Shown: positions 30,100-39,936, counted from the first letter of the stretch. The stretch: 64,000 nucleotides of DNA from Bacteroides sp. (GCA_011056635.1 DSEO01000152.1:330-64329), one strand, 5' to 3'. Numbers and translations are program-made. Notes: generated from the letters alone by a model not told the origin.

Positions 30100-30107
30100 C
30101 AAAATTA
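30100..30107 (-). promoter_or_regulatory. -7 box TAATTTTG on the minus strand
   Basis: Exact TAnnTTTG match 28 nt upstream of the ATG at 30072. Confidence 0.35.
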
Positions 30108-30136
30108 GCGTAGGAATCAAATCAAATTTTTATCAT

Positions 30137-30144
30137 TATTTTTG
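30137..30144 (+). promoter_or_regulatory. -7 box TATTTTTG
   Basis: Exact TAnnTTTG match 28 nt upstream of the pgi ATG at 30172. Confidence 0.35.
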
Positions 30145-30171
30145 GCAAAACCGTAAAATCCGGTGTGAATC

Positions 30172-31515
30172 ATGCAAAACTCGCCACTTGATCTCTCAAA
30201 AGTATTCAGCTTTATTGCTGAAAAGGAAATCCTGCAACTGGAAAATGAAACTTTGAAAGCCCAGCGGACGATGTATGAAGGAACCGGTGCAGGTAACAAT
30301 TTCCTGGGTTGGATCCGGCTCCCCTCCCGGATCAGTGAACAGCATCTCACTGATATTGAAGAAGCTGTATCACAACTGAAAAAGAACTCCGAATTCATGG
30401 TGCTGATCGGAATCGGAGGCTCCTACCTGGGAGCGCGGGCCGTTTACGAGGCTCTCACCCATACATTCGGATCTCCGGCAACCCAGGCGGATCTGCCCCG
30501 CATGATCTTTGCGGGCCATCACATCAGCGAGGACTACACCTACGAACTGTGCGAGATCCTGGACCACCACAGTTACTCCATTGTGTCCATTTCCAAGTCA
30601 GGGACCACCACCGAACCGGCCATTGCTTTCAGGATCCTCAAAGAACACCTGGAAAAGAAAGTGGGAAAGCAGGAGGCCGGAGAAAGGATCGTGGTCGTCA
30701 CCGATGCAAACCGGGGAGCACTCAGGCAGCTGGCCGATGAAAAAGGTTATAAAAGTTTTATCATACCTGATAATGTGGGGGGGCGCTTTTCGGTACTGAC
30801 CCCGGTGGGACTCGTTCCTCTGGCTGCATGCGGGATCGATATCCGTCAACTGGTGGCCGGCAGCAGGGAAATGGAACAGATGTGCGATCCTTCGGTTCCA
30901 TTCGATCAAAACCCTGCCGCGCTTTATGCCGCCTCCAGGAATGCGCTCTACAGATCGGGGAAAAAGATTGAGATCCTGGTCAACTACAATCCCAAACTCC
31001 ATTACTTTTCCGAATGGTGGAAACAGCTTTTCGGAGAAAGTGAAGGCAAACAGGGGAAGGGTATCTACCCGGCTTCGGTGGACAACTCCACAGACCTTCA
31101 CTCCCTTGGCCAGTATATCCAGGAAGGGGAACGGATCCTGTTTGAAACAGTGATCAGCGTGGAAGAAACCACCCACCGGATGACTATCCCGGAGGAACCG
31201 GCCAACCTGGATGAGATCAATTTCATGGCCCACAAAAGAATTGATCACATAAACAAGATGGCGGAACTGGGTACGGCTATGGCCCATGTGGACGGAGGGG
31301 TTCCCAACATCAGGATATCGCTTCCCGCGCTGAATGCATTTTCCCTGGGACGCCTGCTTTATTTTTTCGAAAATGCCTGCGGGATAAGTGGTTACATGAT
31401 GGGGATCAATCCTTTCAATCAGCCGGGTGTGGAAGCATACAAAAGAAACATGTTTGCATTGCTGGAGAAGCCGGGATTCGAAGAGGAAGCGAGGCAAATC
31501 AGATCCAGGATGTAA
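30172..31515 (+). CDS. pgi: glucose-6-phosphate isomerase
   Basis: IGIGGSYLGARAV and SKSGTTTEP motifs. 447-aa short-type PGI. Confidence 0.9.
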   Translation: MQNSPLDLSKVFSFIAEKEILQLENETLKAQRTMYEGTGAGNNFLGWIRLPSRISEQHLTDIEEAVSQLKKNSEFMVLIGIGGSYLGARAVYEALTHTFGSPATQADLPRMIFAGHHISEDYTYELCEILDHHSYSIVSISKSGTTTEPAIAFRILKEHLEKKVGKQEAGERIVVVTDANRGALRQLADEKGYKSFIIPDNVGGRFSVLTPVGLVPLAACGIDIRQLVAGSREMEQMCDPSVPFDQNPAALYAASRNALYRSGKKIEILVNYNPKLHYFSEWWKQLFGESEGKQGKGIYPASVDNSTDLHSLGQYIQEGERILFETVISVEETTHRMTIPEEPANLDEINFMAHKRIDHINKMAELGTAMAHVDGGVPNIRISLPALNAFSLGRLLYFFENACGISGYMMGINPFNQPGVEAYKRNMFALLEKPGFEEEARQIRSRM

Positions 31516-31567
31516 ACAATAATCCTCTGCGGCTGTTTTAGCATGATACCATTGCTTCTTTTGCTGC

Positions 31568-32518
31568 ATGAAAGCTCTTTTCCCTGGCATCCAACCAACC
31601 GTCAAAGGAATCAGTCTTGCGTTTCTGGCCACACTCGGAATGGCCAATGTATTTGTTTTTTCAAAGGCAGCCCTGCTGGAAGTGAATTATTTCCAGTTCC
31701 AGTTTTACTGGTTTGGGTTTGCCCTCCTGTGGATCCTCCCCTTTCTGATCACCACGGGGATGATCCGGAAAATACCCAAACTGAGCCGGGGCTCCAACAT
31801 CGTCCTTGTTTTCATCGGATTACTGGAACTGGCTGCGGCCACCCTTCTTTTCCTGGCCATCCATCTGGCGGAGAATCCGACGGTTATCTCCTTTCTCTGG
31901 AACCTCACTCCCATCTTTGTGACCATTTTGGGCATCCGTTTCCTGGGAGAACGTTTTAACCTGGTGGAAGCCATCGGGATCATCCTCACCATTGCAGGAG
32001 TCATTCTGATCACCTACACCAAAGACACAACCCTGAAGGAATTCTTCGGAAAAGGGACCGGTTGGATACTGGTTTCATCCGTCTTCGGTTCCATCAGTAT
32101 CGTGACGGCCAAAAGCAGGATCAGGGACATTCATCCCGGGATCCTCACCCTGAACAGGGTTGTCTTTCTTTTTACTTTCGCCCTCGCCCTGATGATCATC
32201 AGATCGGAGAGTTTTGTCATTCCCGGAAGAGCTGCAATCAATATGGCTGTAGGCTCCCTGCTGGGTCCATTTCTGACAGGACTGGCACAGTATTCAGCAC
32301 TGCAGTACATTGAAGCTTCCAGGACCATGATCATCCAGTCTACCAGAAGTTTGTTCGTGCTTGTGGGATCCATGATCTATCTTTCCATCCTGCCGGATAT
32401 GCTGCAGCTTGTCGGGGGACTCATCACCATCCTTGGTGTGGTCATCATGACATGGGGGAAGATGCGCTTTGCCAGAAACCGGACCGCACCCGATTCAGAT
32501 GCGGTCATCACTGCCTAA
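31568..32518 (+). CDS. DMT (EamA-like) family transporter
   Basis: About ten hydrophobic helices in two EamA-like halves. 316 aa. Confidence 0.75.
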   Translation: MKALFPGIQPTVKGISLAFLATLGMANVFVFSKAALLEVNYFQFQFYWFGFALLWILPFLITTGMIRKIPKLSRGSNIVLVFIGLLELAAATLLFLAIHLAENPTVISFLWNLTPIFVTILGIRFLGERFNLVEAIGIILTIAGVILITYTKDTTLKEFFGKGTGWILVSSVFGSISIVTAKSRIRDIHPGILTLNRVVFLFTFALALMIIRSESFVIPGRAAINMAVGSLLGPFLTGLAQYSALQYIEASRTMIIQSTRSLFVLVGSMIYLSILPDMLQLVGGLITILGVVIMTWGKMRFARNRTAPDSDAVITA

Positions 32519-32571
32519 GCTGGCGCGAAGCAGCAGGTTCAGCAGCGATACCGTATACTGCGGAAGGCACA
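32496..32571. repeat. 76-bp direct repeat, copy 1 (includes the last 23 nt of the DMT CDS with its stop codon)
   Basis: Matches 32683-32758 at 75 of 76 positions. Confidence 0.9.
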
Positions 32572-32682
32572 ACCGCCATGGTTCGGCAGCCGGCGGCATC
32601 TCCAACCGCTGCTGAAATTCTTTTCTGCGAAAATCATTTAGGCAGCTTACCGGAGATACCGCCCGGGAACAATACCCTGACG

Positions 32683-32758
32683 CAGATGCGGTCATCACTG
32701 CCTAAGCTGGTGCGAAGCAGCAGGTTCAGCAGCGATACCGTATACTGCGGAAGGCACA
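32683..32758. repeat. 76-bp direct repeat, copy 2 (intergenic)
   Basis: Matches 32496-32571 at 75 of 76 positions. Offset is 187 bp. Confidence 0.9.
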
Positions 32759-32862
32759 GCGGCGGTCAGGGTTCCGGCAGAAAAAAAGGCCATCCTAGTG
32801 AGACAGCCTGTATCCATCGGAACTACCTTTGCGTACCGGATGCTTTTCGACGTAAGCTGCAA

Positions 32863-33291
32863 TTAAGCGATGTCGATCTGCTTCGAAGCCTTCTGAACCA
32901 CTTCCTTTCTCTTGGGAAGCTGTATGCTCAGGATCCCGGACTCATGGGAGGCCTTGATATTGTCCTGGTCAATGGTGTCGGGAAGCTGGAAACTCCGCTT
33001 AAAGGAGTTGTAGCTGAATTCTCTGCGCATAAACCGGCGGTTTTTGTCCTCTTTTTCATGCCTCTGCTCGGAAGAGATGGTCAGCACATCATCCTCCAGG
33101 TCAATGTTAATGTCCTTTTTGGATAATCCCGGTACGGCCACATCGATCCTGAATTCTTTCTCGTCTTCCATGATGTTTACGGCAGGACAGCTTGCACTCT
33201 GCCTTCCAAGATTGAAGCTGCTGAAGAAACCGTCGTTGAAAATGTCATCCCAGGTACTGGGAACACTCTCCCTGTTCATTCTTGCTAACAT
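32863..33291 (-). CDS. Hsp20/alpha-crystallin family small heat-shock protein
   Basis: FRIDVAVPGLSKKDINIDLEDDVLTISSE alpha-crystallin core. A perfect AGGAGG lies 8 nt upstream of the ATG (33300-33305). Confidence 0.9.
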   Translation of the reverse strand: MLARMNRESVPSTWDDIFNDGFFSSFNLGRQSASCPAVNIMEDEKEFRIDVAVPGLSKKDINIDLEDDVLTISSEQRHEKEDKNRRFMRREFSYNSFKRSFQLPDTIDQDNIKASHESGILSIQLPKRKEVVQKASKQIDIA

Positions 33292-33456
33292 TTTATGATC
33301 CTCCTATTATTTTGGTTCGACAAATTATGTGATCTGTCCTTACTGTGTCAAAGCACATGCCACCGGATTTTCCATGTCATTGTGGCATTACGGGAGGATT
33401 ATTTCCTGTCAATGTGTCGTACGGTGATTCATAAGAATGATGGAGAAAGAGGATCA

Positions 33457-34629
33457 TTATTCTTCCCCTTCCCCATTCCGGAGAGTATCGATTTCTTTGA
33501 TCAGCTTCGCTTCCCTTGCCGCATATTCTGTCACCTCTTTTTCCAGCTGTTGCAGCCTCTTCCTGAAAACCTTTTCCTGAGAAGCAAATTTTTCTGCCTG
33601 CATGTTTGTCTGCTCAAAGAGCTTTTTCATCTGCTGACCGGCTTTCACCCTGGCCAGGGAGGTGGCCAGGTCATCCCCCAGTCGGCGGATGAATTCGATC
33701 TGGTATGCAGGTATTTCACCCAGGGAAGCCAGTTCGATGACACCCATCACCCGGTTATCCAGCAACAATGGAACCAGCAAAACAGACGTGGGGGCTTCCT
33801 CACCCAAACCGGAACGGATCCTGATGTACCCGGGCGGAAGGTCTGTGATATAAATGGGCTCCTTCTCAAGTGCAACCCTTCCCACCAGGCCTTCTCCAAG
33901 CTCAAAGGAGCGCCGGATATTTTTCTCCCTGTCAAATGCATAACTTCCTGTCATTTCCAGGACCGGTTCTCCTTCACCCTCCAGTTCAGTGGCGATGAAC
34001 AGGGCTCCCACATCTGCCTCGGTGTACTCCACCAGTTCTTTCACCAGGATTCTGGAGAGGTCTTCCAGATCGTCCTCGGCTTCCCTGAACAGGGTGCTGA
34101 ACCTGGCAAGTCCCTGGGCCGACCATGTCCGGTGCTCCTCTTCCCTGCTTCTTACACGGGATTCTTCCAGGGTTCCCATCAGGCTTCGTTTCAGTGACCG
34201 CATGGATTCTCCGAGCGCATCCTCGGAATCCGTTTTCTCTAATTCCGCAGTAAAATCGCCCGACGCCAGAGACTTTGCAAATGAGGTGATTTCCCGCATT
34301 CGACGGATGTGAGTTTCCAGGTTCTTTTCCAGATCACCGGTTTCTCCTTTGGGATCACCGGTCTCTCCCCTGGAACCATTATCTTGAATCCGGGGAATGG
34401 ATCCCCTGGCCAGCTGCGCTGAGAGATTTCCGGTCCTCCTGAAAGGCTGACTGATCCAACGGTTATGCAAAGCTGCCAGGATCAGGGTTGCAAGCATTCC
34501 TCCGGCAGAAAGCCAGATAGCCGGGGAATGACCCTTTTCCAGTTCAGCGAGGAAGATTAACAGAAAGAATATGGCAATGACCAGATAGGGCAGGATGATC
34601 CTGAATGTGAAGGGAAGCCTTAACTTCAT
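33457..34629 (-). CDS. membrane-anchored GAF domain protein with HAMP-like linker and C-terminal coiled coil
   Basis: GAF core GLVGRVALEKEPIYITD...VLLVPLLLDNRVMGVIELAS. Two N-terminal TM helices. ATG at 34629 is preferred over the TTG at 34668. Confidence 0.75.
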   Translation of the reverse strand: MKLRLPFTFRIILPYLVIAIFFLLIFLAELEKGHSPAIWLSAGGMLATLILAALHNRWISQPFRRTGNLSAQLARGSIPRIQDNGSRGETGDPKGETGDLEKNLETHIRRMREITSFAKSLASGDFTAELEKTDSEDALGESMRSLKRSLMGTLEESRVRSREEEHRTWSAQGLARFSTLFREAEDDLEDLSRILVKELVEYTEADVGALFIATELEGEGEPVLEMTGSYAFDREKNIRRSFELGEGLVGRVALEKEPIYITDLPPGYIRIRSGLGEEAPTSVLLVPLLLDNRVMGVIELASLGEIPAYQIEFIRRLGDDLATSLARVKAGQQMKKLFEQTNMQAEKFASQEKVFRKRLQQLEKEVTEYAAREAKLIKEIDTLRNGEGEE

Positions 34630-34664
34630 CGGGATAGGTTTGATGCTTAAAGTTACAAAAATGA

Positions 34665-35840
34665 TCAAATGACTGAGCTCACAGCATCCGATAACCTGCT
34701 GATTCCTTCCACAAGGATGCTTTTCGGTGTGGCAATGTTCATCCGCTGGTGGCTGGATCCTCCGGGACCGAACATGGGACCATCATTCAGACCCAGTCTG
34801 GCTTTTTCGATCACAAATTTTCTCAGCGCTTTGTCGTCAAGTCCCAGGAATGACATATCGAGCCATACCAGATAGGTTGCTTCCAGGGGTGAAATGTTGA
34901 TCTGCGGCAGGGCGGTTTTGCAATGATCACACAATGTACGGTAATTATGTTCCAGGTACCGGATCAACTGGTCAAGCCATTCGTCACCGTGGGAATATGC
35001 AGCCTCCATGGCCACCATTCCGAAGATGTTCCCCCCGCCCACATGGATCGCATCCAGGATCCTGTCGTAATCCTTTTTCAGTTTCTCGTTGGGTATGATC
35101 ACCAGTGAGGTGTACAGGCCCGCCAGGTTGAAGGTTTTGCTGGGTGCCACGCAGGTGATGGTCATGTCCGCAACCTCTTTACCCAATGATGCAAGCGGGA
35201 TGTGTTTGTACCCGGGAAGTACGAGATCCGAATGAATCTCATCACTGATCACCAGGACCCGGTACCGGATGCACAGTTCAGCCAGCCGCTCCAGTTCATG
35301 CTTCCGCCAAACCCGTCCCACCGGATTGTGGGGGTGACACAGGAGATACAACTTCACCCCTTTCCTGAACTGTGCCTCCAATTGATCAAAATCGATCTCA
35401 TAGATCCCTTCATGCTCCACCAGCTGATTATACAGGAGTGTTCTCCGATGATTCGTTACTGCACTGAAAAACGGGAAATATACCGGGGGCTGCACCACGA
35501 CCCTGTCGCCCGGTTCCGTGAATGCCATCACGCACATGTTCAAAGCCGGGACTACGCCCGGGCTGAAATTGATCATCCCGGGTTTCACATCCCAGCCATG
35601 CCTGCGTTTGATCCATTCGGCCACCACCCGGTAAAATCTTTTTGGCCGATAGGTGTAACCGTAAACAGGATGTGCCGCCCGCCGGAGGATCGCTTCATTG
35701 ACGAAAGGAGGAACCTCGAAATCCATATCCGCCACCCACAGAGGAAGGAGATCATCACTGCCAAAGACTGGACGCAGCAGATCATATTTCACACTGTCGG
35801 TCCCCCTCCTGTCTATCAACCGGTCAAAGTCATATTTCAT
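34665..35840 (-). CDS. MalY/PatB-type PLP-dependent C-S lyase (cystathionine beta-lyase-like aminotransferase class I/II)
   Basis: N-terminus MKYDFDRLIDRRGTDSVKYD is typical of the PatB/MalY family. SKTFNLAG carries the PLP lysine. Confidence 0.85.
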   Translation of the reverse strand: MKYDFDRLIDRRGTDSVKYDLLRPVFGSDDLLPLWVADMDFEVPPFVNEAILRRAAHPVYGYTYRPKRFYRVVAEWIKRRHGWDVKPGMINFSPGVVPALNMCVMAFTEPGDRVVVQPPVYFPFFSAVTNHRRTLLYNQLVEHEGIYEIDFDQLEAQFRKGVKLYLLCHPHNPVGRVWRKHELERLAELCIRYRVLVISDEIHSDLVLPGYKHIPLASLGKEVADMTITCVAPSKTFNLAGLYTSLVIIPNEKLKKDYDRILDAIHVGGGNIFGMVAMEAAYSHGDEWLDQLIRYLEHNYRTLCDHCKTALPQINISPLEATYLVWLDMSFLGLDDKALRKFVIEKARLGLNDGPMFGPGGSSHQRMNIATPKSILVEGISRLSDAVSSVI

Positions 35841-35855
35841 CGCGGGTAATTTATT

Positions 35856-36332
35856 TTAATCGGAATAGAATGCCGCCAAGCCGGGATAATGCATTTCGGT
35901 TCTGGCCTTTTCGGAAGAAAGCAGGAAATATTCAACCACTCCCTCCGAACACGCACGGCCCCCTCCGTCAAACAAGTGCACTTCAATCGTGGCGATGTTC
36001 CGCACATTTCTGACAACTTTCGCACGAAGGGTGATCGCTCCTGCCGAGAGCCGGACAGGTTTTCTGTACCGGGTATTCAGCCGTAAGGTGACTCCTGCGG
36101 TTTGCAGCTTCACAAAAACCACCCAGCTTGCTATCTCATCCATCATGGTGGCCTGGATGCCTCCGTGAAGAATGTCAACGAATCCCTGAAAATGTGCATC
36201 CGGCTGCCAGGTGGAAATGATCTCTTCCCCCGATTCCCTGAATTCCATCCTCAATCCGGCGGGATTATGGGGACTGCAGCCAAAGCAGCAGTATCCGGGG
36301 AGATCGGCATACGGGTTTTTCAATTTTTCCAT
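35856..36332 (-). CDS. PaaI-family hotdog-fold thioesterase
   Basis: CFGCSPHNPAGLRMEF and ILHGGIQATMMDE motifs. Confidence 0.75.
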   Translation of the reverse strand: MEKLKNPYADLPGYCCFGCSPHNPAGLRMEFRESGEEIISTWQPDAHFQGFVDILHGGIQATMMDEIASWVVFVKLQTAGVTLRLNTRYRKPVRLSAGAITLRAKVVRNVRNIATIEVHLFDGGGRACSEGVVEYFLLSSEKARTEMHYPGLAAFYSD

Positions 36333-36415
36333 CGCAGATATGATTATAACCCATCAAAAATACCCAAATCCTGTTAACTTTAATGCCCGAACTGTAAACA
36401 CCGAATCCCTGGCCC

Positions 36416-37192
36416 ATGGTACGTCCCAAAAAACATCTCGGTCAGCATTTTCTTACCGATGGTTCCATCGCCAGGAGGATCGTCGATGCCCTGCAGTTTT
36501 CAGAAGGGGATACCGTGCTGGAGATCGGGGCGGGGACGGGCATACTCACCGGTTTATTGCTGCAGCAGGACATCCGGTTGTTCACCGTGGAAATTGACCG
36601 TGAATCGGTGGCTCACCTGTTGAAAAAATGGCCTGCTCTCAGCGAGATGCTCATTGAGGATGACTTTCTGAAAATGGACCTGGACAGGATGATCCGGGAA
36701 CCATACCATGTGATCGGGAATTTCCCTTACAATATTTCCAGCCAGATCTTTTTCCGGATCCTGGACCAGAGAATGCGCATTTCATCCGTGGTCTGCACGA
36801 TTCAGAAGGAGGTGGCGGACAGAATTACATCCCCTCCGGGGTCCAGGCAGTACGGGATTCTCAGTGTCCTCCTGAGGGCATATTTTGATACCGAATACCT
36901 TTTTACTGTAAAACCCGGTTCTTTTTTCCCTCCTCCCCAGGTGACCTCAGGAGTGATCCGGCTTGTCAGGAACGGATTCGAAAAACTTCCCTGCAACGAA
37001 AAGCTTTTTTTCAGGGTTGTCAAAACCACTTTCAACCAGCGCAGGAAAATGCTCAGGAACTCTTTAAAATCAATTTTACTAAATTTGGACGGCAATTGGG
37101 AACTCCTGACCAAACGACCTGAGGAACTGGATATTCCGGAGTTCATTGAGTTAACCAGATGGGTGGAGACCCAGCTTGCGGCAAACAGGTAG
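36416..37192 (+). CDS. rsmA: 16S rRNA (adenine1518/1519-N6)-dimethyltransferase
   Basis: PKKHLGQHFL and VLEIGAGTG SAM motifs, plus NFPYNISS. Confidence 0.9.
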   Translation: MVRPKKHLGQHFLTDGSIARRIVDALQFSEGDTVLEIGAGTGILTGLLLQQDIRLFTVEIDRESVAHLLKKWPALSEMLIEDDFLKMDLDRMIREPYHVIGNFPYNISSQIFFRILDQRMRISSVVCTIQKEVADRITSPPGSRQYGILSVLLRAYFDTEYLFTVKPGSFFPPPQVTSGVIRLVRNGFEKLPCNEKLFFRVVKTTFNQRRKMLRNSLKSILLNLDGNWELLTKRPEELDIPEFIELTRWVETQLAANR

Positions 37193-37213
37193 TACCCCTT
37201 AAACAACACCGAC

Positions 37214-38575
37214 ATGAATACTGAACTGACCCGGGAATATGTAAACGAACTCAGAGCCATCATTGATCAGCGGAACGACCATGCCGCCCTTGAAATGCTC
37301 GGGGACATGCATCCGGCTGACATTGCAGAGGTGTATGGAAATCTTTCCATCGATGAAGCAAAATATCTCTACCTGCTGCTCGATCCGGAAAAAGCTTCTG
37401 ACGTTCTGGTGGAACTGGAGGAGGATGACAGGGAAAAGTTCCTCGAAGTACTTCCCCCGGATGTGATCGCCACACAGTTCATCCACCACATGGATTCCGA
37501 CGATGCGGCGGATGTGATCGGGGACCTGACCGAGGAGAAGAAGCAGGAAGTGCTCCTGCATATTGATGATGTGGAACAGGCGGGGGACATCGTCGACCTG
37601 TTGAGCTACGACGAGGATACTGCGGGGGGCCTCATGGCCAAGGAGTTGATCCGTGTGAACGTGAACTGGGGAGTGGCCACCTGCATCAGGGAAATACGCA
37701 AACAGGCAAAAGACGTGGATGAGGTTTACTTCATTTACGTAGTCAACGATGAGAATGTGCTGCTGGGGATCCTCTCCCTGAAATCCCTTCTTCTGGCCAG
37801 TGCCTCCACCAAGGTCAGGGAACTCTATGAGCCGGAGGTCCGGTCGGTCCGAACCGATACTCCCTCGGAGGAAGTGGCACAGATCATGGAAAAATACGAC
37901 CTGGTCGTGCTGCCGGTGACCGATTCCATCGGGAGACTCATGGGACGGATCACCATCGACGATGTGGTGGATGTGATCAGGGATGAGGCTGAGAGGGATT
38001 ACCAGTTGGCTTCCGGTATCACCGCGGATGTGGAAACCACAGACTCAGCCGCCAGGCTCTCCAGGGCCCGGCTTCCCTGGCTGATCATCGGGCTGCTCGG
38101 AGGCATCGTGGTTGCTGCTGTGATCGGGCGTTTTGAAGAGGACATACAGATCAATCCCGAGATGGCTTTTTTCATCCCCCTGATCGCTGCCATGGCAGGG
38201 AATGTGGGTATCCAGTCCTCCGCCATCATCGTGCAGGGCATCGCCAGCAACAGCCTGGGACTGGAAAGCACCTTCCGCAAACTGGTCAAGGAATTCATGG
38301 TTGCGCTGCTGAACGGCCTGATCCTTTCCGGACTCCTTTTCCTTTATAATTTCTTCTTCAGTGACAGCCTGGCGCTCACACTTACTGTGAGTGCCTCCCT
38401 TTTCGTGGTCATTGTGTTTGCGGCCCTTTTCGGCACCCTGATCCCCCTGGCCCTGTACAGAATGAAGTTTGACCCTGCACTGGCCACTGGTCCGTTCATC
38501 ACCACCATGAATGATATCATGGGGCTGTTCATTTATTTCCTGATGGGAAGACTCCTCTATGCGGTATTTATCTGA
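37214..38575 (+). CDS. mgtE: magnesium transporter MgtE
   Basis: MgtE N-domain, CBS pair and TM region with AGNVGIQSSAIIVQG. Confidence 0.9.
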   Translation: MNTELTREYVNELRAIIDQRNDHAALEMLGDMHPADIAEVYGNLSIDEAKYLYLLLDPEKASDVLVELEEDDREKFLEVLPPDVIATQFIHHMDSDDAADVIGDLTEEKKQEVLLHIDDVEQAGDIVDLLSYDEDTAGGLMAKELIRVNVNWGVATCIREIRKQAKDVDEVYFIYVVNDENVLLGILSLKSLLLASASTKVRELYEPEVRSVRTDTPSEEVAQIMEKYDLVVLPVTDSIGRLMGRITIDDVVDVIRDEAERDYQLASGITADVETTDSAARLSRARLPWLIIGLLGGIVVAAVIGRFEEDIQINPEMAFFIPLIAAMAGNVGIQSSAIIVQGIASNSLGLESTFRKLVKEFMVALLNGLILSGLLFLYNFFFSDSLALTLTVSASLFVVIVFAALFGTLIPLALYRMKFDPALATGPFITTMNDIMGLFIYFLMGRLLYAVFI

Positions 38576-38584
38576 CCATAACGG

Positions 38585-39841
38585 TCAGAAGGTGGTGTTG
38601 ATGGCCACCACCGGGTCCATTCTTGCCCCCTGCCACGCAGGGAATATCCCGCTTACCAGACCGATCAGGCTCGAGATGCCGATCCCCACCAGGATATTAT
38701 TCAGCGTCAGGTAGATGGAAAAATCACTGGAATAATTGATGGCCAGTGCCCCCAGAAAAACGATGAATAGGCCGATGATCCCGCCGGCCAGGGAAAGCAT
38801 GATTGATTCGAACAAGAACTGCAGCAGAATGAAGTATTTTTTGGCTCCCAGAGCCTTTTGGATCCCGATCTGATGGGTCCGTTCTTTTACGGAAACAAAC
38901 ATGATGTTGGCAATCCCGAATCCGCCCACGATGATTGAAAAGATCCCGATAAAGAATCCTGCGATCTTAAGCACCGCAAACAGCTGGTCCAGCTGGTTGT
39001 TGATAATGGACGTCTGGTTCAGCGCAAAATTGTTCTCTTCCATAGGTCCCAATCTCCTGTAAGAACGCATGAGTTGTTTCAGTTCGAAACCGAGTTCATC
39101 CACACTCACGTTGGGCCTGGCCTTGACCCATATCTGGGGGGAGGACATATCGCTGCGGATATCCACAAATCCCTTGAAAAAATCCAGGGGAAGGAGCGCC
39201 AGGTCATCCAGGATCAACCCCTCGAACATTCCGGATCCTTCTTTTTCAACCACCCCGATCACCACCACCTTCCTGCCGAAGACATTGATATATTTCCCAA
39301 TGGGATCCACTCCCCGGAAAAGTTCGCTGGCGATATCATGACCGATCACCGCCACATTTCTTCCTGCATTGGCCTCCAGCGGTGAAAAATACCTGCCACG
39401 CTCAAGTTCAAAGGACCTGATTTCCTGGAATCCATGCGAAACCCCCACAATGCCAGCACCTTCCACGTTGCTGTTCCCGTACTCGATCATCTTCTGCACA
39501 GCCGCCAAAAAACATACATTTTCCGCCAGCCGGCTCTTTTGTCTGAGGAACTCATATTCGTCCAGCGTGGGCAATGGTCTGTTCATGTACTTCCACCAGG
39601 CATATTCCTGCCCTTCTTCCGGTGCCCACGGCCATTTTTCCACATAGATGATATCACTTCCCAGGCTGCTCACACTCTCACGGATATTCGCCTCGAGGGA
39701 ATCCACGATCGTAAAGACAGAAATGATGGCAAATATACCGATGGTGATCCCCAGCAGCGACAGCATGGCCCTTAAACGGTTCACGTTGACAGCCTGAAGG
39801 GCTATCTTCAAGCTTTCCCAGACCTGCCTGATTACTTTCAT
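38585..39841 (-). CDS. ABC transporter permease (FtsX/MacB-like)
   Basis: N-terminus NRLRAMLSLLGITIGIFAII. C-terminal FtsX motif ERTHQIGIQKALGA. ATG at 39841. Confidence 0.85.
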   Translation of the reverse strand: MKVIRQVWESLKIALQAVNVNRLRAMLSLLGITIGIFAIISVFTIVDSLEANIRESVSSLGSDIIYVEKWPWAPEEGQEYAWWKYMNRPLPTLDEYEFLRQKSRLAENVCFLAAVQKMIEYGNSNVEGAGIVGVSHGFQEIRSFELERGRYFSPLEANAGRNVAVIGHDIASELFRGVDPIGKYINVFGRKVVVIGVVEKEGSGMFEGLILDDLALLPLDFFKGFVDIRSDMSSPQIWVKARPNVSVDELGFELKQLMRSYRRLGPMEENNFALNQTSIINNQLDQLFAVLKIAGFFIGIFSIIVGGFGIANIMFVSVKERTHQIGIQKALGAKKYFILLQFLFESIMLSLAGGIIGLFIVFLGALAINYSSDFSIYLTLNNILVGIGISSLIGLVSGIFPAWQGARMDPVVAINTTF

Positions 39842-39884
39842 CAATAAATTATTGGATTTCCTCTTCTTTATGTCAGCGGAAACT

Positions 39885-39903
39885 CTTTCTTTTGCAAAGA
39901 AAG
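39885..39903. promoter_or_regulatory. inverted repeat CTTTCTTT-tgc-AAAGAAAG upstream of purH
   Basis: Perfect 8-bp arms with a 3-nt spacer, 34 nt upstream of the purH ATG in a divergent intergenic region. Confidence 0.3.
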
Positions 39904-39936
39904 TAAAGTTACGCAAGATTTTATAAAGAAATCCCG

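Noticed and set aside
32520-32580. Possible SRP (4.5S) RNA, because the repeat contains GAAGCAGC and GCGGAAGGCA, reminiscent of the domain IV GGAA tetraloop region.
   Set aside because: The flanking bases do not form the required helix around GGAA, there is no complementary 5'/3' closing stem, and the sequence is present twice. That is not expected for an SRP RNA.
32452-33126. 224-aa plus-strand ORF spanning the repeat-containing intergenic region and running antisense into hsp20.
   Set aside because: It overlaps the DMT 3' end and the clearly real Hsp20 gene. Its sequence is low-complexity (S, R, A, G rich) with no motif. Part of its length is simply the duplicated 76-bp repeat.
33314-33320. 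GGTTCGA T-loop-like heptamer suggesting a tRNA in the hsp20 upstream region.
   Set aside because: No acceptor-stem complementarity, D-arm or anticodon stem can be drawn around it.
33294-33456. Long-range 8-bp complementarity (TGATCCTC at about 33296-33303 with GAGGATCA at 33449-33456) that could sequester the hsp20 Shine-Dalgarno sequence as an RNA thermometer.
   Set aside because: An 8-mer match within 165 nt is not statistically unusual. The distal arm abuts the stop codon of the upstream gene, and no fourU or ROSE-like local structure is evident.
37193-37213. M-box (Mg2+) riboswitch upstream of mgtE.
   Set aside because: Only 21 nt separate rsmA and mgtE, so there is no room for a riboswitch. 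The genes are probably co-transcribed.
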